From NCBI GenBank assembly GCA_964016885.1, contig CAXHJY010000302.1, forward strand, positions 1-32,979: DNA of 32,979 nt, given 5' to 3'. Shown here in pieces: positions 12,841 to 31,743 of this stretch; positions within the stretch are counted from its first letter, which is position 1, and every line of letters begins with the position of its first letter. A program made the translations under genes and the position numbers. The stretch comes from Eledone cirrhosa. Taxonomy: Eukaryota. The notes under the pieces were generated by a model. It made no database searches and had not been told where the DNA came from. It saw nothing but the letters and a program-made list of their open reading frames with translations.

Positions 12841-13895
12841 ATATTGTAATATTGATCCTTATTACTTACTGTTCATTATATGTAACATTATGATATTTAG
12901 ACTTTACATATCATGTAAGATGTCTGTATATTTTTTTCTGTACCATCATAATTTTTCCTGTACCATTATAGTGTTTTTTTTAGTATTATATAATTTATTT
13001 TTCCTCATTTACTCTGTAACCCAGTATGAATCGATTTGTATATATTGTTTATTGTAAATGTTAGTACACTGTTAACATATTATCATTGTATTTTATTGTG
13101 ACATCTATATTGTTTCTGTAAATTAACCGGGGATTATATATTATATTATATTGAATTATATAATTTTACTGTTTATTATTTATTATATGTGTCTCTTGTA
13201 ATTATATCATATTATTGCCTCATGTATATTGGGTAGATGTATTGGTATTATTTTCACTCTTATCATGCTTATTTTCATATTCAAACTTCTAATAAGGCTT
13301 AATTTGTGTAGTTGAACATAGATGTGCGTATTGTTATATATATGTGTGTGTGTGTGTGCGCACATATATACATGTATATATTGTAACTTTTGATTTTTAA
13401 TTGTAATTTTAATGTTGGTAAAGGTATATTATTATAATGTATTATGTTATATTACATTGTGTTATATATAATTCCTGCTCTATATAACCAAATTTGTTTA
13501 GATTTAGGTTAGTTACTTTGGACTATATTTGTAATATGGTTCTTAATGTTATATACATCCTTAGTTATTCTTATATATTTTTATTATTTTTATTTTAATT
13601 TTTATTATCATATATTTTTGCAAGACTTTAGTGTATGTACACTCCATATTCTTCGGAGCTTCCGGCTTGTATCTGCCGATATTACTTCTTGTTGTTTTGA
13701 TTGCCCTGATGAGTCCTTAATAGGACGAAACATTGTCGGCTAATAAAAACTTTTGATGTATTAAAAGGGGAGATTCTTTGTTTTACTCTCTTAAATTTTT
13801 GGCTCTGTTTAACTGCATTGAGCTATAACTTTTACTGTCATTTCTATAATACGAAGAGGGTGTTTAACTCCAACACGCTCCAGTATTCTAATCCT
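12841..13895 (+). mobile_element. Probable truncated Penelope-like element end (solo pLTR/3' UTR)
   Basis: About 1 kb of very AT/T-rich non-coding sequence containing a canonical hammerhead about 150 nt before a (TA)n junction. This is the same layout as the pLTR of 19014-23588 but with unrelated sequence. Confidence 0.6.
13699..13745 (+). ncRNA. Canonical type I minimal hammerhead ribozyme
   Basis: ATTGCC-CTGATGA-GTCC-TTAATA-GGAC-GAAA-C-ATT-G-TC-GGCTAAT. All core nucleotides are present, with a GUC triplet and a predicted cut after 13737. Confidence 0.9.
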
Positions 13896-13907
13896 TATAT
13901 ATATATG

Positions 13908-13938
<31 letters not shown>

Positions 13939-13965
13939 GTATATATATATATATATATATGTATG

Positions 13966-13998
<33 letters not shown>

Positions 13999-14007
13999 AT
14001 ATATGTA

Positions 14008-14445
14008 TATATATTGGTAAACGGAATAGAAAATGCTGACAAATTGTTCACAGTTGAAAAATGGTTTAATTAGGAATAAAAGAGTATTAGTGATTGTATG
14101 GGTTAGTATTCAGTTGTGGTTTTAAGTTTTTAAGTTTTTACCGGTTGCGCATTTCTAAATGCTTTTCAAAAATAATTTTGAGATAGAGTGTCCGTGCTGT
14201 TTGCTCTGATCAGAGCAAACAGCACGGACACTCTATCTCAAAATTATTTTTGAAAAGCATTTAGAAATGCGCAACCGGTAAAAACTTAAAAACTTAAAAC
14301 CACAACTGAATACTAACCCATACAATCACTAATACTCTTTTATTCCTAATTAAACCATTTTTCAACTGTGAACAATTTGTCAGCATTTTCTATTCCGTTT
14401 ACCAATATATAATAACTTGTGTGTTACACCTCTATTCTTTTAACT
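14008..14445. repeat. Perfect spacer-less palindrome (202-bp arms, 14008-14411) of a probable Penelope-type end
   Basis: Centre CTCTGA|TCAGAG at 14209/14210; no mismatch seen by eye. The right arm continues about 35 bp further. Each arm has a degenerate hammerhead-like TTGAAAA-GCATTT/AAATGC-GCAA-CCGG-TA. Confidence 0.92.
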
Positions 14446-19013
<4,568 letters not shown>

Positions 19014-19950
19014 TTTGAGTATTCATCCGCAATCATTATTATTTTTTCTCTCTATCATAAATCTTTTTAATCTCAATTTCATCCTTAATTTATTATTATT
19101 TTTTTCTCCCCATCAACGAACTCATTATTAATACATATGAATTCAATATAAAAACTCTAACTTCACATTATTTTTCTCAAATCCTATACATAAACTTTTT
19201 CTCTTTGCTAATTTTAAAATTCCTACATTTCTCCTTTTGAATATTCACCCACAATTATTATTTTTTTTCTCTCTATCTCCATACATAATCTCCCTTCGTT
19301 ATTTTTTTCTCTCTATCTCCATACATAATTTCCCTTCGTTAATTTTCAAATTCCTTTAATTTATACATTATCTTCCAACGGTTCCCAACCTCTCTATATT
19401 AAAACATTATATCTTTTTCTCAGTTATAAAAACTATCTCTTTCTCTCTATCACCCATCTCTCCCTTTCCACCTTCACTCTCATCTCCTCCCCTTTTTTTC
19501 ATCCTTTCCACCCCCACCCCTCCCTAAATATAATATATTTTTTCCTCGCACATATCCTCCCTTCGTTAATTTTCAAAATTTTTAATTTATACAGTATCTT
19601 CCAACGGTTTTCAACCCCTCTATATAAAATATATCTCCTCTCTGTTATAAAAACTATCTCTTTCTCTCTATCACCCATCTCTCCCTCTCATCTCCTTCCC
19701 TTTTCATCCTTTTCTCTCCCCCCCTCTCTAAATAAAATATTTTTCCCAATATCACACATCAATCTAAAACCACTTTTCATATGTTGATTTAAAACTGCAC
19801 TATCAACAAGTGTTTTTTTTAGCCTTCATATCATGTTCTCCTGTTTTATCTGATGAAAACACAAATATTATTGTTTGATGATGTTTGTTTTTGAAATGCG
19901 CATAATAAAATATATTGAACTCCTTTAACCATCTTTTGATCTTATATTAT
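19014..19950 (+). repeat. 5' pseudo-LTR
   Basis: Near-identical to 22691-23588 apart from an extra ~40-bp tandem duplication near 19260-19340. It contains an internal ~227-bp-period repeat. Confidence 0.95.
19843..19911 (+). ncRNA. Hammerhead ribozyme in 5' pLTR
   Basis: GTTTTAT-CTGATGA, then a long stem II (ACAAATATTAT/ATGATGTTTGT), then GAAA-TGCGCA-TA-ATAAAAT. Stem III is palindromic (ATGCGCAT). Predicted cut after 19904. Confidence 0.85.
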
Positions 19951-20116
19951 GCATACTCCAGTCCCACAAACTGTAGAGTGCTTCTTATCCGATATCTGCA
20001 TTGCTTTATTGTACTACAATAAAACTCACCTCCTACATTTACTTGCTCCTTAACGGTTGAGCGCTTACTCTCATATTGGATACCTTTTGATGGTCCTTCA
20101 CCTCTTCTTCTACAAC

Positions 20117-22519
20117 ATGGATTATTACAACATAACCAATTCTACTAAAGACATTCCTATACCTGGTAAATCTGAATTCACCAAACTTCTTATTGAAAAA
20201 ACTGACTCCTTCGTAAGAAGACTTAGATGGACAGCCTATTTCTATGACCAGCGCCTAAAAGGGAACTTTCATACCAAAGAACACAACTTCCTCGATCATC
20301 TTTTTAATTCCAGACGAAATCCTCCTTCCAACAAAAATCTAGCACAATTCGAGGAAGAATTAACTAAAATTATAAAAAATCTTAAATTCAAGAGATACCC
20401 TTACAAAGGACAAGAGCACCTTGTAAATCTCAAGAACACAATCTCTAACCTAAATTCCTCAAAAAATGTTTTAGTCCACTCTGACAAAACCAATAACCTA
20501 TATGGTATTTCCAAGGATAATTATAACAACCTTATCCTAAAGGAACTTAGGAAAAAGTATCGTAAAACCAACCATGAAAATTTAGAATGCATAAACCTTG
20601 AAGCCTATGAGATTATGTCAAAACTTGGCATTGAAAAAAAGACCGAACCATTCCTCCCAAGAACTCCGAGGATAAATCTCAAGGATCACAAAAACAATTT
20701 TCGCACTGAACTACCTGTTAGATTAATCGCCCCCTCTAAATCTGATCTGGGGGTTGTTAGTAAAGCCATCTTGGATAGGATTATCCCACAGGTTAGTTCT
20801 AATTGCTCTTCTTTAAACCTAAATTTATGGTTTGGTACTTCTGAAGTGATTGGCTGGTTCAACAAATTGGATAATAAAAACAAACTAAAATTTATTCAAT
20901 TCGATATTGCCAGCTACTATTCCTCCATTTCGCCTTCACTTCTCAATAATGCTCTATCTTTCGCACTTAAATATTCTGACATCACCACAGATGAACTTCA
21001 CATCATCCTCACCGCACGTAAAACCATCCTAGAGTTCAACAACGAATATTGGACCAGAGCCGATACCTCTAACAACTTCGACATCACAATGGGAGCATCC
21101 GATTCATCCCAATTGACTGATTTAATTGGTATCTTCATTTTGAACTCTTTGAGTCGGAAAATTCCTCAACTTCGCGGTGGAATTTATCGTGACGATGGAC
21201 TCTTTACTATCCTAAATTGCAATATAGTTAAACTTAATATTATTAAGAACAATATACGTAATCTCTTTAACCAACATAACCTAAAAATTGAATTTGATAA
21301 TAGTACCAAACTAGCTAATTTCTTGGATGTATCTCTTAATCTTGACACTGGCCTATATTACCCTTACCATAAAAACAATGAGAATCTTAATTATGTTAAC
21401 TTTAAATCTAACCATCCTACCAATATCAAGAATGCTATAGTTAATAATATTGGAAATAGAATATCTAACATATCTTCTAATAAAAACATCTTTGATGCTA
21501 ACGCCAATTACTATAATAACGCACTTTCTAAAGCCGGCTATCCAGATAAAATCAAATATAATAAAGAAACAAATTCTAGGAAAACTTACAGTAGAATATT
21601 TAATCATAACCATTCCAATAATTTTAATAAAAGACCTAGATACAAAAACATAATCTGGTATAATGCTCCTTTCTCCATCTCTATTAATAACAATATTCCT
21701 AAATTATTTTTTAGTGCCTTAAATAAATGCTTCCCTCCCTCACATATCTATAGTAAAATATTTAACAAACACACCATTAAATTTTCGTATTCTACATCCT
21801 CCAATATTTCCAACATCATTTCTAAACACAACAACAAAATATTAAATACTAAATCTCTTCCTTCCAATATTGAATCTCATAATAACAATAATAGTACTCC
21901 TGACGTCATTGTAAACCCTAGGCTAACTTCTGTAAACCCAAATGCAACGTCAAACACAACTTCGCTAAATGTTCATAATCCAACTCTAAATCAAGAAACT
22001 ATTATTCCTATTATTCCTATCGCAAACAACTTCTCCAATCCAATTCCTTCTATAGATAACACTAGATCACTCATTAATAATCTCTCTAATTGCAACTGCC
22101 GCATTAAAAATAAATGTCCTCTCAACAACCATTGCCTCGATAAAAACTTAATTTATGAATGTAAAATTATAACTAGCACCAACTCCTTCACCTATTTTGG
22201 CTCCACTTCCACCTCTTTTAAAGCTCGTCTCTATAATCATCATTCATCTTTCAAATACAAACTTAAAAGAACTAACACTGCTCTCTCAGAACTCATATGG
22301 TCCTTAAAAGACAAAAACATTAAATATAACATCTTTTGGAAAAAGATTTCTTCTGCATCCTCGTACTTGAACAGTTCTCTATCTAAAATCTGTAATCTCT
22401 GCCTAAATGAAAAATTTACCATTATCTCTAACCTAGAATCCATAATAAATAGACGCTCGGATTTGTTTTACATCTGCCTGCATAAATTCCATAGAACTTT
22501 TCACAAAGTATACAGTTAA
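20117..22519 (+). CDS. Penelope-like reverse transcriptase with C-terminal Zn-binding motif and GIY-YIG endonuclease (800 aa)
   Basis: N-terminal STKDIPIP...FVRRLRW; RT motifs FDIASYYSSI, FDITMG, IYRDDGL, NFLDV; CNCR....CPL...C; LIY...YFGST...FKARLYNH; C..C..EK; NRRSDL...C.H. The start was placed at ATG 20117 (the ORF track starts at TTG 20057). Confidence 0.92.
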   Translation: MDYYNITNSTKDIPIPGKSEFTKLLIEKTDSFVRRLRWTAYFYDQRLKGNFHTKEHNFLDHLFNSRRNPPSNKNLAQFEEELTKIIKNLKFKRYPYKGQEHLVNLKNTISNLNSSKNVLVHSDKTNNLYGISKDNYNNLILKELRKKYRKTNHENLECINLEAYEIMSKLGIEKKTEPFLPRTPRINLKDHKNNFRTELPVRLIAPSKSDLGVVSKAILDRIIPQVSSNCSSLNLNLWFGTSEVIGWFNKLDNKNKLKFIQFDIASYYSSISPSLLNNALSFALKYSDITTDELHIILTARKTILEFNNEYWTRADTSNNFDITMGASDSSQLTDLIGIFILNSLSRKIPQLRGGIYRDDGLFTILNCNIVKLNIIKNNIRNLFNQHNLKIEFDNSTKLANFLDVSLNLDTGLYYPYHKNNENLNYVNFKSNHPTNIKNAIVNNIGNRISNISSNKNIFDANANYYNNALSKAGYPDKIKYNKETNSRKTYSRIFNHNHSNNFNKRPRYKNIIWYNAPFSISINNNIPKLFFSALNKCFPPSHIYSKIFNKHTIKFSYSTSSNISNIISKHNNKILNTKSLPSNIESHNNNNSTPDVIVNPRLTSVNPNATSNTTSLNVHNPTLNQETIIPIIPIANNFSNPIPSIDNTRSLINNLSNCNCRIKNKCPLNNHCLDKNLIYECKIITSTNSFTYFGSTSTSFKARLYNHHSSFKYKLKRTNTALSELIWSLKDKNIKYNIFWKKISSASSYLNSSLSKICNLCLNEKFTIISNLESIINRRSDLFYICLHKFHRTFHKVYS

Positions 22520-22690
22520 TATTCAATTCTTTATCAATTTAGAATCTTTTCTCAAAGGCACATATACATACACCTCTTTAAAATATACCCATCTACCTTA
22601 CTTTAAAGGGCATTATACACTCTATAATACCCGTTTACTCATCACCCTCATTATATCTCCTCGTAAAACAATAACATTTGTTTTTGACAT

Positions 22691-23585
22691 TTTGAGTATT
22701 CATCCGCAATCATTATTATTTTTTCTCTCTATCATAAATCTTTTTAATCTCAATTTCATCCTTAATTTATTATTATTTTTTTCTCCCCATCAACGAACTC
22801 ATTATTAATACATATGAATTCAATATAAAAACTCTAACTTCACATTATTTTTCTCAAATCCTATACATAAACTTTTTCTCTTTGCTAATTTTAAAATTCC
22901 TACATTTCTCCTTTTGAATATTCACCCACAATTATTATTTTTTTTTCTCTCTATCTCCATACATAATTTCCCTTCGTTAATTTTCAAATTCCTTTAATTT
23001 ATACATTATCTTCCAACGGTTCCCAACCTCTCTATATTAAAACATTATATCTTTTTCTCAGTTATAAAAACTATCTCTTTCTCTCTATCACCCATCTCTC
23101 CCTTTCCACCTTCACTCTCATCTCCTCCCCTTTTTTTCATCCTTTCCACCCCCACCCCTCCCTAAATATAATATATTTTTTCCTCGCACATATCCTCCCT
23201 TCGTTAATTTTCAAAATTTTTAATTTATACAGTATCTTCCAACGGTTTTCAACCCCTCTATATAAAATATATCTCCTCTCTGTTATAAAAACTATCTCTT
23301 TCTCTCTATCACCCATCTCTCCCTCTCATCTCCTTCCCTTTTCATCCTTTTCTCTCCCCCCCTCTCTAAATAAAATATTTTTCCCAATATCACACATCAA
23401 TCTAAAACCACTTTTCATATGTTGATTTAAAACTGCACTATCAACAAGTGTTTTTTTTAGCCTTCATATCATGTTCTCCTGTTTTATCTGATGAAAACAC
23501 AAATATTATTGTTTGATGATGTTTGTTTTTGAAATGCGCATAATAAAATATATTGAACTCCTTTAACCATCTTTTGATCTTATAT

Positions 23586-23588
<3 letters not shown>
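22691..23588 (+). repeat. 3' pseudo-LTR
   Basis: Direct repeat of 19014-19950; ends in CTTATATTAT merging into (TA)n. Confidence 0.95.
23481..23549 (+). ncRNA. Hammerhead ribozyme in 3' pLTR
   Basis: Identical to 19843-19911, offset by 3638 nt. Predicted cut after 23542. Confidence 0.85.
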
Positions 23589-27040
<3,452 letters not shown>

Positions 27041-27520
27041 TACTTATTGACACTTATACGTACGACATACACACACACGCATACATATGCGTGCACACAG
27101 CAACACTCACACACACAACAAACACACACACACGCTACTCTACTCACTTACACGCACACACACACATATATATATATATATATTACCGTCATTACTGATA
27201 CAAGATTACCAGATTATGTCAACTGTTGACTTTCAAGAGTTTGTATAGTTGAAGCCGATCGTATTACAGTCCAGTATTACTATAATTGCTTTACAGCATA
27301 GAGTTATGTCTCTCCACGGAGTCAACAAAAGAGAGTACCAGTGATGCGCTGGCCAGTCGCTGGATCCGTGCCAAAAGCAGAAAAATTATTATTAAAGTTG
27401 TTCTTAAGGCCAGGTCGCTGGTGATGGTGATGGCGACGGCGGTGGCGGTGGTGGTGGTGGTGGCAGTTGATGTTGTTGTTCTGTTGTGTGTGTGTGTGTG
27501 TGTGTGTGTTTTGTTATTTT

Positions 27521-27571
<51 letters not shown>

Positions 27572-27573
<2 letters not shown>

Positions 27574-27874
27574 GCGGGGACATAGAAATAATCGGGCTGG
27601 ATGCCCGATCGCGCAGTTAAACCACTGGGAGTGAAGAACCCCTAGCCCATGTCAGGGTATTCTTCTAGGAGAAGGCATCTCAGGAAACTGGGTTAACTCC
27701 GATATAAAACCTGCGGCTCAGTAGTTACCGATGATGTTGATCTTTTCTTCTTTTCGGGTTATAGCTACTGTCGCTCAGAGAGTGGGATTGGTTCAGTGCA
27801 CAGTCTTTCCTCACTTTAAAAATATTCGTCACGCACAGGCATTGCACGAGTGCATTAATAATTATTAATAGTGT

Positions 27875-27909
<35 letters not shown>

Positions 27910-27914
27910 TATTA

Positions 27915-27968
<54 letters not shown>

Positions 27969-30900
27969 CTCCCTTTTTTTTTTTTTTTTCCAATTCAATG
28001 ATGTTCCAGAACAATGTAAACGAGATAATTGCCAATTTGGGTTCTGGAACAAAAAAGATCATTGGCAATAAGGGCAGGGGCCCCAAGTTATCACAACCTG
28101 GGCCCGCCCGTCATCGTGCCATTGTAATAGAGCCAAACAGGGCATTTAGTCTTGGCTGCTGGAACGTACGGACGCTGCTTGACAGGGATTCTTTGGAGCG
28201 TCCTGAACGAAGGACCGCTCTTGTTGCGAAGGAGCTTCGACGTTACGATCTTGACATCGTGGCTTTGTCTGAGACGAGGTTAGCTGGAGATGGTCATCTT
28301 ACGGAATTTTGTGGAGAATATACATTCTTCTGGAAAGGAAGAGATGAAGGAACCAGAAGAGAGGCTGGGGTAGGATTTGCTGTTAAGACTGTACTGGTGA
28401 ATAAATTGGAAGAATTCCCAGTGGGGATTAGTGAGCGTCTTATGTCCATGAGAGTTCCGCTGGACAAGGGAAGATATGCTACCCTGGTGAGTGTGTATGC
28501 TCCAACTATGAATTCTGTCGATGAAGAAAAACTGTCCTTTTACCATGCCTTGAAAGGTGTTTTAAGAAATATCCCTCAGGCAGACAAAGTCATCGTGCTT
28601 GGTGACTTTAATGCTAGAGTGGGTAGGGATTTTAACACATGGAATGTAATCGGAAGGCATGGGGTGGGAAAGTGTAACAGCAATGGTATGCTCTTGCTGC
28701 AGATGTGTGAGGAGCTGGATCTGTGTGTTACCAGCACCATGTTCCAACAAAAGAACAAATTCAAGACCACATGGATGCATCCTGCATCTAAGGAATGGCA
28801 TCTTTTGGACTACGTCCTAGTCAGGATGCGTGACAGACAGGATGTGCGGTGTGTTCGTGTTCTTCGTGGAGCTGAGTGCTGGACGGACCACCGCCTGGTA
28901 CGCGCAAAAGTGAATCTAATCACCAAACGTAAAATCCGGGCTCCTGGTGTTACCCTGCCCAAAAGATTGAATGCTGCTCGTCTTAAGGATAAAAATGTGA
29001 AGAGGACATTGGAAGAAGAGATGCAGGCTGCAGATCTTGGTGAGGATTGGCCGACCCTTAAAAAGTCGGTTTATGATGTAGGCAGACGTGTTCTGGGATT
29101 GGTGCAGAGAAAACATCAGGACTGGTTTAATGAGAAAGATGTGCATATAGATGACTTGTTGGCTGATAAGAGGCGCGCTCTGTCACGCTACTTGACGGCA
29201 AGACCACAGGAGAGGAATACGTTGCATGAGGAGCTCAGGGATGTAAAATCACGTGTTAGGCGGAGTCTTTCTCAGATGAAGGATCAGTGGTGGAGTGAGA
29301 AGGCTGGTGAGATACAAACTGCGTCTGATTGCAATAACACAAAGCTGTTGTACAGTCTCTTGCGTGAGGTTTATGGACCGTCTTCTTCTCTGGTGACACC
29401 GATTCGCAGCAGGGATGGCAAAGAACTTCTTCGTGACTCACAGGGAATTCTACGAAGGTGGCGGGAGCACTTTGATGATCTTTTGAATCAGCCGTCTGTC
29501 GTCAGTGAAGATTTCCTCAATCTCATTCCGGAAAGTCCTGTGAAAGTAGCTCTCGCAGAGCCTCCGACACTTGTGGAGGTTGCAGTGGCTATTTCGAAGC
29601 TGAACAGTGGAAGATCTCCAGGTATGGATGGCATACATGCTGAGCTCCTACAATATGGTGGTGAGAGACTCCTGCAACATCTTCACTCTCTGTTTGGAAG
29701 GATATGGGCTAATGAATCCGTGCCTGAGGACTGGAGAGATGCAGTAATGGTGGTCTTGTACAAGGGAAAGGGTAACAGGAATGATTGTGGGAACTACAGA
29801 GGTATATCATTGCTTTCTGTCGTGGGGAAAGTTTTATGTAGGGTGCTTCTGGACCGTCTGCTGACACACATTGCAGATTGTGTCCTTCCTGAAAGTCAAT
29901 CTGGTTTTCGTGTTGGACGCGGCACTACTGATATGATCTTCTCAGCTAGACAGCTCCAGGAGAAGTGCATTGAACAGGGCTTGGATCTGTATCAGGTTTT
30001 TGTCGATCTGACAAAGGCTTTCGATACTGTCAACAGAGATGCATTATGGAAGGTTCTCCAGAAACTTGGTTGCCCTGATAAGTTCCTTGCTTTAGTTAGG
30101 TCTTTCCATGACGACATGAAGGCTTGGGTTAATGTCGGAGGTAACATGTCGGAGCCTATCTCAGTAAAAAATGGAGTGAAACAGGGGGATATTCCAGCAC
30201 CGACCCTGTTTGCCATATACTTTGCAATGGTTTTCTGTATTGCATTCAGGAATTGCGAGCATGGTGTTTACATCCGATATCGAACCTCAGGCAGCATATT
30301 TAACATCAGGCGCTTTGCTGCGAAGACAAAAGTATTTACATCAGTCATAAGAGACCTCTTGTATGCAGATGATTGCGATCTTGTAGCGCACACAGAGAGT
30401 GATATGCAGCACATTTTGAATGTATTTTCTGACGCTTGCACTGCCCTGGGTTTGACTGTCAGTCTCAAGAAAACCGTCGTCATGTACCAACCTGCACCTG
30501 GTAGGCAGTACACTGAACCAAACATCTATGTGTATGGCAAACGACTTGGAGTGGTTGATCAGTTTGTCTACCTGGGAAGCACTGTCAATCGATACGGCAA
30601 CCTTGACGGTGAAATCTCACTTAGGATTAGGAAAGCAAGTGATGCTTTCGGAAAGCTAGAAAGGCGACTCTGGGGTCGGCGAGACATATGCAGGAGGACA
30701 AAGGTAAAGGTGTACAGGGCATGTGTACTCTCTTGTCTTCTTTATGCCTGCGAGACCTGGGTCACATATCGACGCCACCTTAAGCAATTGGAGCGTTTCC
30801 ATCAGATGTGTCTCAGACGGATACATGGCGTTCGCTGGAGGGACCACATCAGTGATGTCGAGATTTTGGAAAGCTCTATGTGTGACAGTATAGAAGCTCT

Positions 30901-31666
30901 TGTGCTTAAGCAGCGACTCCGTTGGAGTGGTCACCTTGCCAGGATGAAGGATTCTAGAATACCAAAACAACTCTTCTATGGAGAGTTGGTTAAAGGAAAA
31001 CGACCGCCACATAAACCAAAAAAGAGGTATAAGGATTCCTTGAAGGCCTCTCTGAAAGACGCTAACATCTCTGCTGATACATGGGAAAATGTTGCTGCTG
31101 ATCGTAATAAATGGAGAAAGACTGTATATGAGGGAAAAGTTGCCTTTGAGGCATCTCGAATCGCACACGAGAAAGTAAAGCGGGACGTGAGGAAGGGTAT
31201 TGCTGTTGCACTTCCAGACGGCGAGGGTCCTCCTATGTTTCTGACATGCAGCGTCTGTGCGAGACTCTGCCTAAGCAAAGCTGGACTCGAAAGTCATCTT
31301 CGCAGTCATAAAGTAAGACCAGTGGTTGACTACCAGGCTGCTGTTGGAGATGCTACTCATCATGCTTGCCAAACATGTGGTAGAGAATGTAAATCAGCAG
31401 GAGGACTCAAGCGACATGCAAAGGTACACGAACTCCAACCACAGCCGACTATTCCCAGTAAATGTTTTGGTTGCCGACTCTGTGCAAGACATTTTGGATC
31501 ATTGGCTGGGCTAAAAAGCCACATTCGATCGCAGCACTGTTAGTTGCTATCGTGTGTTTGTGTGTGTGTGTGTGTGTGTGTAGATATGCTTATGTGCGTG
31601 CGTGTGTGTGTATATATATATGAATATGTATATTATTATTGTTGTTGTCGTTATTATTATTATTGC

Positions 31667-31743
<77 letters not shown>

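Larger units (their letters stand above)
19014..23588 (+). mobile_element. Apparently intact Penelope-like element (Naiad-like) in partial-tandem (direct pLTR) arrangement
   Basis: Direct repeats 19014-19950 and 22691-23588 flank one RT + GIY-YIG ORF. Each repeat contains a hammerhead. Both ends abut TA arrays. Confidence 0.93.

Noticed and set aside
22090-22519. Selenocysteine recoding as reported for some Naiad elements
   Set aside because: The ORF has no in-frame TGA; all conserved Cys are TGY codons and the stop is TAA.
27184-27420. HDV-like or twister ribozyme at the RTE 5' end
   Set aside because: I could not assemble the required pseudoknot helices or conserved nucleotides by eye; the element's 5' boundary remains undefined.
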